Of a stretch of DNA of 39,617 nt, positions 17,936-25,908 are shown piece by piece. A program made the position numbers and the translations under genes. The stretch's first letter is position 1. Each line of letters opens with the position of its first letter. The notes under the pieces are model-generated. The model was not told the DNA's origin. It did not search any database and saw nothing but the letters and a program-made list of their open reading frames with translations. Source of the DNA: an uncultured Prolixibacteraceae bacterium (GTDB lineage: Bacteria > Bacteroidota > Bacteroidia > Bacteroidales > UBA1556); NCBI GenBank assembly GCA_964585875.1, contig CAZPGC010000006.1:1879-41495 (forward strand), read 5' to 3'.

Positions 17936-18223
17936 CTATCTTGTATAATAATCAACCGCGAGTAAGCCGATGAGTATTGCAAAAAGAAAAAGCACCACCC
18001 ACACAAAGATTTTGTAAACCGTGGCATCGTATTTCAGGTGCATAAAATTTCTCACCACAAAAGATGCTTTTACGGTGGCAATGCCGAGGGCTACCAATAC
18101 GGCCAAAACCGTCGTGCCGCCGGTGGCGTAGGACGCCCACACAGTTAATGCGGTGAGTATCAGCAACAAACCAAAAGTTATATAGTCGCTTTTGTAACTT
18201 ATATGTTCCGAATTTTTATCCAT
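17936..18223 (-). CDS. cytochrome c oxidase subunit IV (prokaryotic CyoD/CtaF-like)
   Basis: 95-aa ORF with three predicted TM helices, positioned between the subunit III and II genes. Confidence 0.7.
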   Translation of the reverse strand: MDKNSEHISYKSDYITFGLLLILTALTVWASYATGGTTVLAVLVALGIATVKASFVVRNFMHLKYDATVYKIFVWVVLFLFAILIGLLAVDYYTR

Positions 18224-18238
18224 GATTGTGATTTTTTT

Positions 18239-18859
18239 TTAGTGCAACAAATAAAACAGGGGAAAGAGATAAATCCAGATAAGGTCAACGAGGTGCCAGT
18301 AAAGCCCGGAATTTTCGTGAAAAACGAAATTGTCGGAGGTAATCTTTCCCTTTTTAATTTTGAAAATAACGATGGTCAAAAGCACTGCTCCCACAAGCAC
18401 ATGTAAACCGTGCAGACCTGTCATAAAATAATAGAGAAAGAGAAACATTCCTTCTCCTGTTTGCAGCTTTTGAAAAGTCTCGAAGCCGGGGAAAAAGCCG
18501 TGGTGAATGTGGCTGCTCCACTCAAAATATTTGTTTACCAAAAACGCAAGAGCCAATATAACGGTGATTATCAACAAAATAATCGAAAATCCCGACTTGC
18601 CTTTTCTTATTGCCGTTATTGAAAGTGCCACGGTGAGACTCGATGTTATCAAAATGACGGTGTTTATTGTCCCCAGGGCAATGTTCATATGTTCGGCGAT
18701 TATTTTGAATTGGTCGAAATATTCGTAGCGGTACATTGCGTACACCAGAAACAAGCCGCCGAAGAGCATCACCTCGGTAAAAAGAAAGAGCCACATGCCC
18801 ATTTTTTTACCTTCATCATCGCGTTTTAAGCCCGAATTGGGAATAGCATAGTGTGTCAT
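18239..18859 (-). CDS. ctaE: cytochrome c oxidase subunit III
   Basis: 206-aa ORF with MGMWLFLFTEVMLFGGLF and GLHGLHVLVG motifs. Its ATG overlaps the subunit I stop (ATGA). Confidence 0.9.
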   Translation of the reverse strand: MTHYAIPNSGLKRDDEGKKMGMWLFLFTEVMLFGGLFLVYAMYRYEYFDQFKIIAEHMNIALGTINTVILITSSLTVALSITAIRKGKSGFSIILLIITVILALAFLVNKYFEWSSHIHHGFFPGFETFQKLQTGEGMFLFLYYFMTGLHGLHVLVGAVLLTIVIFKIKKGKITSDNFVFHENSGLYWHLVDLIWIYLFPLFYLLH

Positions 18860-20499
18860 AATTCTTGGTTTTCTTTATTAATTTGTTCGAGAATGCTGAA
18901 ATCGTAGGGGCCGTTTTCCGATAAAATCGGCTTTTTCACAAAGTTGTGATGAGGGGGAGGCGAGGGCACCTGCCACTCCAGAGTAACGCCGTTCCACGGG
19001 TTTGGCGGAGCTATCTCTCCTTTGCGCGCCGAGCGCACAAGGTTGTAAATCATCAGCAGCAAACCGGCCACAAGCAGCCAAGAGCCTACGGTTGACACCC
19101 TGTTGAGAAAGGTAAATTCGGGCAGATAATCGTAGTAGCGTCGCGGCATTCCTTCGCCGCCCAAGATAAGCATGGCGCCGTAAGTAACATTGAAGCCCAC
19201 GAAGGTCATGGCTAAAGAGATGTAAGACAGGCGCTTATTGTACATTCGCCCGAACATTTTCGGAAACCAATAGTGCATGGCGCCAAAGAAAACAAAGATG
19301 GCACCGCCAAACATGGTGTAGTGAAAATGAGCCACAACATAAGCCGTGTCGTGGACGTGGATGTCGGTGGCCAAAGCTCCCAAAATCAAGCCGGTAAAGC
19401 CTCCAATCATAAAGTTGAAAACAAAGGAAACCGACCACATAAGGTTTGGCGACATATGTATGGAGCCTTTATAAAGTGTTGCCACCCAGTTGAATACCTT
19501 TATTGCCGTGGGTATTGCCACAAGGTAGGTTACAAAAGAAAACACCACTTTGGCTTCGCCGCTCATCCCCGATGTAAACATATGATGCCCCCAAACAAAA
19601 TAGCCGAAGAAGGCGATGGCCATACTCGACAGGGCGATGGCTTTGTAGCCGAAGATGGTGCGCTGAGCGGCGGTGGGTAATATCTCGCTTATTACGCCCA
19701 TGGCGGGCAAAATCATCACATAAACAACAGGATGAGAATAAATCCAGAAAAGGTGCTGATACAGTACGGGGTCGCCGCCCAGAGCAGGGTCGAAAAGGCC
19801 TATGCCGAAGGTGCGCTCCAGCACCACCATCAGCAGCGTGATGCCCACAATGGGGGTGGCAAGAAGCTGAATCCAAGCCGTGGCATAAAGGCTCCAAGCG
19901 AAAAGCGGCATTTTAAACCAGCTCATGCCGGGAGCACGCAAACGGTGAATGGTTACAATAAAATTTAAGCCGGTGAGTATGGACGAGAATCCCAAGACAA
20001 AAGCCGCCAGCAGCAACAGCGACACGTTGGTGTCGGTGTTTACGCTGTAAGGCGCGTAAAAAGTCCATCCGGTATCTGCCGAGCCGGGACCGTAAAGCAA
20101 TGTGGATAAGGCCATTATGGCTCCTATTACGTACAACCACCAAGACAACAAATTTATTTTGGGAAGGGCCACATCGTCGGTACCCAGCATTATCGGCAGC
20201 ATAAAATTACCGAATACGGCGGGAATACTCGGTATAATCACCAGAAAAATCATTATTACCCCGTGAAAGGTAAAAAACTTATTGTATGTCGTCGGGTCGT
20301 GAATGATTGTAGGACCCGGCGAAAACAACTCAAGTCTCATTAAAAAACCGAGAGTCATGCCAACCACAAAAAAGGTAGCTATGGCGTATAAATACAACAA
20401 AGCTATGCGTTTGTGGTCAAGCGTAAAAATCCACGAGAACAAACCTTTCTTGGTGTTGTAGAAAGATTGTTCCATTGCTGAAGTGTTTGTTTCGCTCAT
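18856..20499 (-). CDS. ctaD: cytochrome c oxidase subunit I (A2-type heme-copper oxidase)
   Basis: 547-aa ORF with WGHHMFTSG and AHFHYTMFGG motifs. The helix VI motif FWIYSHPVVYVMILP carries the Tyr-Ser (YSHP) substitution for GHPEV that defines A2-type enzymes. Confidence 0.95.
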   Translation of the reverse strand: MSETNTSAMEQSFYNTKKGLFSWIFTLDHKRIALLYLYAIATFFVVGMTLGFLMRLELFSPGPTIIHDPTTYNKFFTFHGVIMIFLVIIPSIPAVFGNFMLPIMLGTDDVALPKINLLSWWLYVIGAIMALSTLLYGPGSADTGWTFYAPYSVNTDTNVSLLLLAAFVLGFSSILTGLNFIVTIHRLRAPGMSWFKMPLFAWSLYATAWIQLLATPIVGITLLMVVLERTFGIGLFDPALGGDPVLYQHLFWIYSHPVVYVMILPAMGVISEILPTAAQRTIFGYKAIALSSMAIAFFGYFVWGHHMFTSGMSGEAKVVFSFVTYLVAIPTAIKVFNWVATLYKGSIHMSPNLMWSVSFVFNFMIGGFTGLILGALATDIHVHDTAYVVAHFHYTMFGGAIFVFFGAMHYWFPKMFGRMYNKRLSYISLAMTFVGFNVTYGAMLILGGEGMPRRYYDYLPEFTFLNRVSTVGSWLLVAGLLLMIYNLVRSARKGEIAPPNPWNGVTLEWQVPSPPPHHNFVKKPILSENGPYDFSILEQINKENQEL

Positions 20500-20501
20500 A
20501 T

Positions 20502-21311
20502 TTATTTTTCTTCTTTGATTAGTTCTTTTTTTCTTCTTCTTTCGGCTCTTACCATAAAAAACAAGAGGATGGCAGCAATTGAGAGCACCAAAGTTCCCGA
20601 CACCTTCAGAATATTAAAGGTGTATTTTTTTCCCTGCGGGTCGTATGAAAAGCAGTAGCTCAACACCCTGTTTACCGTGGGACCCGAGCGCCCCTCCGAA
20701 GCCTCGATAAGCGCCAGTTTGAAATCGAAAGGAGGATAGTAGGTACCGTTAAGATAGCGTGTTACCTTACGTTTGGGGCTTATGATTATAATGCCTCCCG
20801 GATGTATGTAACCTCCTCGTTCACTTTTCTTTACCATAAACCCGACAGTGCCCAACAGCTTGTTTACATTTGCCGTGTCGGCAATGAAAAACTTCCAACC
20901 GTGCTCCACATCTTGACCGCTGTTTATCCTTAAATAGTTTTTCTTTTTCTTTTGTGCCAAAAAAACCGTTTCACCCGGGTCAAAGCTGACGGTGAAAATG
21001 TCGTAGTCTTTACCCAAAACCATATCGCTTTTTTTGACCACGTTCGAGAGGCCGTTCATCAAGGCGGGACAAAGTCCGGGGCAACGATAGTAAACGAGAT
21101 TCAACACCGTCGGCTTATCGACAAGTTGGCCAAGAGTGTAGGTCTTGCCGTCGCTTCCCGTCAGCTGAATATCGGCAGCGATAATCGTGTCGAGATGTTC
21201 GTAAATGCCTAATTTTTCTTCTTTTTGCTTTGGAATGTCGTATTGAGCATAAAGATTTACCCCCTGCATAAAAGAGAAAACAACAAGGACTGAAAGAAAT
21301 ATTTTCCGCAT
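20502..21311 (-). CDS. SCO1/SenC family copper chaperone
   Basis: 269-aa ORF with a signal peptide, a thioredoxin-like YYRCPGLCP (CxxxC) motif and a C-terminal TM anchor. It is the first gene of the oxidase cluster. Confidence 0.85.
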   Translation of the reverse strand: MRKIFLSVLVVFSFMQGVNLYAQYDIPKQKEEKLGIYEHLDTIIAADIQLTGSDGKTYTLGQLVDKPTVLNLVYYRCPGLCPALMNGLSNVVKKSDMVLGKDYDIFTVSFDPGETVFLAQKKKKNYLRINSGQDVEHGWKFFIADTANVNKLLGTVGFMVKKSERGGYIHPGGIIIISPKRKVTRYLNGTYYPPFDFKLALIEASEGRSGPTVNRVLSYCFSYDPQGKKYTFNILKVSGTLVLSIAAILLFFMVRAERRRKKELIKEEK

Positions 21312-21385
21312 CTTGTTTTGTTTGTCGTTTTGTTAATAGAAAACGGCACTTACCACCATAAAAGCAAGGCCGCTGTTTGAAAGCA

Positions 21386-21393
21386 CAAATCTA
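21386..21393 (-). promoter_or_regulatory. -7 promoter box (TAGATTTG on the minus strand) for the oxidase operon
   Basis: TAnnTTTG match 75 nt upstream of the SCO ATG (21311). Confidence 0.4.
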
Positions 21394-21699
21394 AATGATA
21401 TACATATACAGCATATGATGATATAAATTAGTTTTGAGGCACTTAGCTAAAAAAGCCGATGCTTATTTATTCTAAATAATGTTACAATAGCTTAATTTTA
21501 AACCTATTTCGAATGAAATAAAATTAGTTTTAAATTATAAAGCAAGGCATTTTTGCAAAACACTGATATTTATCACCTTACCTATTGCCGAGCAAATAAA
21601 ATTACTTTCGTGTACTGTACTAAGCTGCCGCTAATTCGCGCTAATAAAAAATCTCTTTAACATTTTTTAACAAACAATCAACTTGCTGAAATTCAGAGT

Positions 21700-21715
21700 C
21701 TAAAATCCTAAAATC
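21700..21715. repeat. tandem direct 8-mer CTAAAATC x2
   Basis: Two perfect adjacent copies in the padR upstream region. The palindrome CTGAAATTCAG lies just upstream at 21686-21696. Confidence 0.5.
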
Positions 21716-21735
21716 GACAATATTTTCAGCTTTAT

Positions 21736-21762
21736 ATAGTACTATGTATTACACAGTACTAT
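21736..21762. promoter_or_regulatory. 27-bp near-perfect palindrome, candidate PadR operator
   Basis: In ATAGTACTATGTA-T-TACACAGTACTAT, 12 of 13 arm positions are complementary. It ends 7 nt before the padR -7 box and covers the -33 region. A related GTACTGTAC palindrome lies at 21612-21620. Confidence 0.55.
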
Positions 21763-21768
21763 TTATAC

Positions 21769-21776
21769 TATTTTTG
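21769..21776 (+). promoter_or_regulatory. -7 promoter box (TATTTTTG) upstream of padR
   Basis: TAnnTTTG match 21 nt upstream of ATG 21797. Confidence 0.5.
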
Positions 21777-21796
21777 CAAAATAATCAACAACGGCG

Positions 21797-22123
21797 ATGA
21801 ATACCGAAAAGACAAAAGGACAGATGCGCAAAGGCATATTGGAGATGGTGATTCTCTCGATACTCGAGAGAGGCGAGGCCTATGCCTCCGACATTATTTC
21901 CACGATGAAAGAAGCCGAATTGATAGTGGTTGAAGGCACCCTCTACCCTATTTTGACGAGGCTGAAAAACGACGGACTGTTGCAATATCGCTGGGAAGAA
22001 AGCAGGTCGGGGCCGCCCCGCAAATATTACAGTTTGACGGACAAAGGCAAGGAGACCTGCAAAATTTTAAAAGCCGATTGGCTTAAGCTGGCCGGCTCCA
22101 TTGATAAAATCATAAAAACCTGA
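21797..22123 (+). CDS. PadR family transcriptional regulator
   Basis: 108-aa ORF. KGILEMVILSILERGEAYASDII...GTLYPILTRLKNDGLL...RKYYSLTDKG is the winged-helix PadR signature. Confidence 0.9.
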   Translation: MNTEKTKGQMRKGILEMVILSILERGEAYASDIISTMKEAELIVVEGTLYPILTRLKNDGLLQYRWEESRSGPPRKYYSLTDKGKETCKILKADWLKLAGSIDKIIKT

Positions 22124-22127
22124 TATA

Positions 22128-23675
22128 ATGAAGAAGAATATTCGAGTAAACATCCGCGGCATACTTTTCAATATCGACGAAGATGCCTACGCCGCACTCG
22201 ACGACTACTTGAAACGCATCGAAGCCCATTTCGGCGATAGCGAAGGCGGCAAAGAAATAATAGAAGACATAGAAAACGGCATTGCCGAAATGATGAATGC
22301 GCGGCTTTCCGACAGAAAGGAAATAATTAATATTGAGGATGTTAACGAGATAATAAAAGCCATGGGCGAACCCGGCGAAATAGACGAAGACGGCGCGGAT
22401 AAAGACGGCGGCTACAGAGAAAAAGATAAAGCACGTTATGAGCATAACAAACGTCGCCTCTACCGCAACGCCGACGAAAAAGTTGTTGCCGGCGTGTGCT
22501 CGGGGATAAGCAGCTACCTGAATATCGACGTGGCCATTGTGCGCATCATTTTCATTTTGCTGACTATTTTCTGGGGTGGCGGTCTTTTGGCCTATCTGAT
22601 TTTGTGGGCAGCCGTGCCCGAGGCTGTTACCACAGCTCAAAAGTTGGAAATGGAGGGCGAAAACGTAACCATCGACAATATCGAAAGGAAGATAAGGGAG
22701 GAACTCAACCGTCTCGGCGACCAACTCAACGAACTGAAAAAGAAACACTTTCCTAAAAAAAAAGCCGTAAAAAGAAAACGCAAAGAGAGGGCTAACGACT
22801 TTGGCTCTTTTATTGCCCTAATAGCTAAAGCCGCCTTTGCACTTTTGGTTGTAACAATATTTATTTCTTTGATTTTATCTTTGTTGGCAGGCATTCCGTC
22901 CATGTTTGTCCCCACACTTACCTTTTCGCACGGGGGCTCCGATTTTATGTTTGTCTCCATTCCGGAGCTCGTCAGGGCCCTTATCTACAAAAATGCCAAT
23001 TTACAGTGGGCGGTATTCTCTCTTTCGTCATTGTTGCTTATTCCCTTTATTGCCATCGTCGTATTTCTTGCAGGTGCAATCTTCAACATAAGGTCGGTAA
23101 CAAAGGGGATAAACAAAGCCCTCGGACTTATTTGGCTGATATCGTTTTTTATGGTTCTCTATTCGGGCATTAAAACCGTTGACGACTTCAACAGAAAAGC
23201 CGAAGTAACGGAGAAACAGAGCCTTGTAATGAAAAGCGATACCTTTTTTGTAAAACTGAATCCCCAACTTGCAGCTTATCCTGATTTCGACGAAAAAATT
23301 GAAGAGCAATACGATTTCTTTGACAATAATTTCCTGATTTTCAGAAAGTCACAAAGATATTATTGCGTTCCGGAAATCAGGCATTTTCGCACAAACGACA
23401 GCCTTGTTACGGTGAAAATAATAAAATACGGCAGGGGCGCCGGTAGAAAAACAGCCTTGCAAAAGGCTCAAAACGTAGAATACAAATATGTGGTGAAAGA
23501 CAGTTTGTTAGAACTTGCACCGCTGTTTTCTTTTCCCGTAAAAGACAAATGGAGAAATCAGAAAGTAAAGGTGAAGATTTACATTCCCGACTCAAAGCAT
23601 TACAAATTCATTGAAAATCCCGAAATCGAAAGCGAAATCTTCAAAGATATTCAATGGCAAATGATGTTCGATTGA
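22128..23675 (+). CDS. PspC-domain membrane protein with DUF1700-like N-terminal module
   Basis: 515-aa ORF starting 4 nt after padR. The PspC motif is RLYRNADEKVVAGVCSGISSYLNIDVAIVRIIFIL. The N-terminus (DAYAALDDYLKRIEAHF) resembles the DUF1700 partners of PadR. Several TM helices and a beta-rich C-terminal domain follow. Confidence 0.8.
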   Translation: MKKNIRVNIRGILFNIDEDAYAALDDYLKRIEAHFGDSEGGKEIIEDIENGIAEMMNARLSDRKEIINIEDVNEIIKAMGEPGEIDEDGADKDGGYREKDKARYEHNKRRLYRNADEKVVAGVCSGISSYLNIDVAIVRIIFILLTIFWGGGLLAYLILWAAVPEAVTTAQKLEMEGENVTIDNIERKIREELNRLGDQLNELKKKHFPKKKAVKRKRKERANDFGSFIALIAKAAFALLVVTIFISLILSLLAGIPSMFVPTLTFSHGGSDFMFVSIPELVRALIYKNANLQWAVFSLSSLLLIPFIAIVVFLAGAIFNIRSVTKGINKALGLIWLISFFMVLYSGIKTVDDFNRKAEVTEKQSLVMKSDTFFVKLNPQLAAYPDFDEKIEEQYDFFDNNFLIFRKSQRYYCVPEIRHFRTNDSLVTVKIIKYGRGAGRKTALQKAQNVEYKYVVKDSLLELAPLFSFPVKDKWRNQKVKVKIYIPDSKHYKFIENPEIESEIFKDIQWQMMFD

Positions 23676-23753
23676 TTCGTAATTTTTCTGATTTCTTTAA
23701 AATTTTTGGCTGCTTGTTAAAGTCCGCGAATGACTTTTTTGGACAGACACTAA

Positions 23754-24281
23754 TTACTCAAAAAAACTGAAATTAACCTTGCTGTAAATGCGTGTTTCTT
23801 TATAATGCGGGTGCTTTGAAAAGTCGGTTTTTGAAGAATGTTCAATAATCAGCAAACCGTCGTCGGCAAGCATGGAATTATTAAAAACAAGGTCGGGCAG
23901 CTCTTCGATACGTTTCATATCGTAGGGTGGGTCGGCAAAGATAAGGTCGAATTTTTCCCTGCCGGTGGCGGCAAAAGAAAACACATTGGCTCTCACCACC
24001 TTAAGGGGCATGCCGAAGTCGCTTGCCGTTTTTTTGATAAAGCTGACGCACTTAAAATCGGCATCCACAGCCGTAATTTTACGAGCTCCGCGCGAGGCAA
24101 ATTCGAAGCTGATGCTGCCTGTGCCCGAAAACAGGTCAAGGACAGAAAGCTCATCGAAAAAATAGTAATTATTTAAAATATTGAAAAGCGACTCCTTGGC
24201 TTTGTCGGTGGTAGGCCTTACGGGCAGATTCTTTGGCGGATTCAGACGCCTTCCTTTAAAAGCTCCGCTTATAATCCTCAC
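23754..24281 (-). CDS. rsmD: 16S rRNA (guanine966-N2)-methyltransferase
   Basis: 175-aa ORF with a GTG start. Motifs are MRIISGAFKGRRL, LDLFSGTGSISFEFASRGA and FADPPY. Confidence 0.9.
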   Translation of the reverse strand: MRIISGAFKGRRLNPPKNLPVRPTTDKAKESLFNILNNYYFFDELSVLDLFSGTGSISFEFASRGARKITAVDADFKCVSFIKKTASDFGMPLKVVRANVFSFAATGREKFDLIFADPPYDMKRIEELPDLVFNNSMLADDGLLIIEHSSKTDFSKHPHYKETRIYSKVNFSFFE

Positions 24282-25072
24282 TTTTTCAGATATTTGATTA
24301 GTTGGAAAAAGGCTTCAAATTCTTTTTTGTCAATTCCGGTATCGAAGTTTTGCACCGTGGCCACATATTTTTTCAAAAGCTTGCTCAAAGGGGCATCATC
24401 TTCCACTTTACCCGTCAAGTAAAGTTTGAGGGTTTTGTTGTCAAAGCCCGTGTTTTTTATTACTCCGAGGGCAAAAAACCCGAAGTCGTTTCGTCCGGAA
24501 AATTCGTAGCTGTTGAAAAGTACCAAGTTGCGCTCACGAAACAGGGCGGCTCTAAACCATTTGTCGCGAATATCGAAAAAAACCTCTTCGCCGCCCTTGG
24601 CAGCATCGGAGAAAACCTTTAGAAAGGCCTCTCCAAAGTGATGAATATCAGCGTTTTTCCACTTCTTGCGTATAAGCTCAAAAGCTGTTTTTTCCACTCC
24701 GAAAACATAATCGTAATCGGCATCTGCGCTTTTTATCATTTCAAGGTCTTTGTTGCCGAAGAGTGTTTTTCCTATGTCTGTCAGGCCGCCGTTTGTGGCG
24801 GTGTTGGCCGGCATCAGCGAGAAAAAACGGTTGTCGATAAAAATTTTTACCTCGCCATATTTCTCTTTCACCAAGGCCGACGCTTCTATGATTTTATTGA
24901 AAACGGCTGTTTCGAAATTGAACTTTTCAAAGGCTTTTGCCTCTCCGTCTTCACACACTAAAAAAGAAAGTCCGTCGTCGGCAAAGACAACGGACAATAC
25001 GGTATTTTCAAAATTAACCTCGGATAAGGAATCAATGCCCGAAGCTGAGACCGGTTGAATCAAACGAATCAT
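24278..25072 (-). CDS. conserved hypothetical protein (DUF3822-like as I recall)
   Basis: 264-aa ORF whose stop overlaps the rsmD GTG (GTGA). No catalytic motif is recognised, and the family assignment is from memory of the rsmD neighbourhood in Bacteroidota. Confidence 0.55.
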   Translation of the reverse strand: MIRLIQPVSASGIDSLSEVNFENTVLSVVFADDGLSFLVCEDGEAKAFEKFNFETAVFNKIIEASALVKEKYGEVKIFIDNRFFSLMPANTATNGGLTDIGKTLFGNKDLEMIKSADADYDYVFGVEKTAFELIRKKWKNADIHHFGEAFLKVFSDAAKGGEEVFFDIRDKWFRAALFRERNLVLFNSYEFSGRNDFGFFALGVIKNTGFDNKTLKLYLTGKVEDDAPLSKLLKKYVATVQNFDTGIDKKEFEAFFQLIKYLKK

Positions 25073-25701
25073 AAACTATCCCAGCTGCCGTCAAGCGAAG
25101 GCTCTTCCATTGATCCCAGCTTCAAGCCGGGGAATTTATTATCTTCTTTCATTTGCAAAAGCTGATTCTCAAGCAATTCCTGCTGCTTCACATCGGCAAG
25201 ATAATCTTTCATAAGGCAGCTCACCTCGAGCACCGGAACTTTGAATCGCGATTGGTCAACAAAGCCCGCATTCATTTCGAATTTCACCTTTCCGTTGGTA
25301 AAAGGAACAATGTCGATGGTGTTGATATTAAAGTTTTCAACGTTTTTCAGCAGGGTGTCTTTTATGAAAACGTAACTTGTGTCACGCGAAATCAATCCCA
25401 GTTCCAAAGCACGTTTTTCTGTAAGCGTATCGTTAGTCCCGATTTTCATAACCACCGGCATTTTACCATTCAGATAAAAATCTTTCAAGGTGTCGAAAGA
25501 GGCCGTATATCTGCCGTTAATCTTTTTGTATTCAACTTGCAAAGTCTTGATATTCAGCAGTTTTTTAATGATTACTTTTTCTCTGGCATCTTTTACTTTT
25601 TTGTAGTTAATGGGCTCCATTATGGATGAATAGAGCTTATAGCTCAAAAAAATCACGGCTGCCAAAAGAACAACTTGAAGGGCTAATCTCGACCATTTCA
25701 T
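25069..25701 (-). CDS. hypothetical N-terminally membrane-anchored protein
   Basis: The tracked ORF starts at TTG 25800. ATG 25701 gives MKWSRLALQVVLLAAVIFLSY (signal anchor). Its stop overlaps the next ATG (ATGA). Confidence 0.55.
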   Translation of the reverse strand: MKWSRLALQVVLLAAVIFLSYKLYSSIMEPINYKKVKDAREKVIIKKLLNIKTLQVEYKKINGRYTASFDTLKDFYLNGKMPVVMKIGTNDTLTEKRALELGLISRDTSYVFIKDTLLKNVENFNINTIDIVPFTNGKVKFEMNAGFVDQSRFKVPVLEVSCLMKDYLADVKQQELLENQLLQMKEDNKFPGLKLGSMEEPSLDGSWDSL

Positions 25702-25742
25702 ATCTTTATAATTAATTGTTATTAAATTGATTTCCTTTATAC

Positions 25743-25750
25743 CAAATGTA
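25743..25750 (-). promoter_or_regulatory. -7 promoter box (TACATTTG on the minus strand) for the anchored-protein/DUF3822/rsmD operon
   Basis: TAnnTTTG match 42 nt upstream of ATG 25701. A second match (TATTTTTG) lies at 25798-25805. Confidence 0.35.
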
Positions 25751-25908
25751 AAAGTTGTCGAATTATTGCTTGCCGCAACAATTAAACGTGTGAGGTGCAA
25801 AAATATAATATTAAATCAAATGTCCATAAAATATTTTCACCTTAGGCTCTTTCGGGATAATTGGGAAGAATATTTTTGCCCGGAACAATTTCAAAAGCTC
25901 CCGAATCA

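Noticed and set aside
21700-21715. Short tandem and direct repeats in AT-rich spacers (CTAAAATC x2; ATTATAGCAG x2 at about 39454 and 39490; AAATTAGTTTT x2 at 21425 and 21522) as a possible CRISPR array or mobile-element ends.
   Set aside because: There are only two copies each, they are 8-11 nt long, and there is no regular spacer structure. No cas, integrase or transposase genes lie nearby. In AT-rich DNA some of these could occur by chance.
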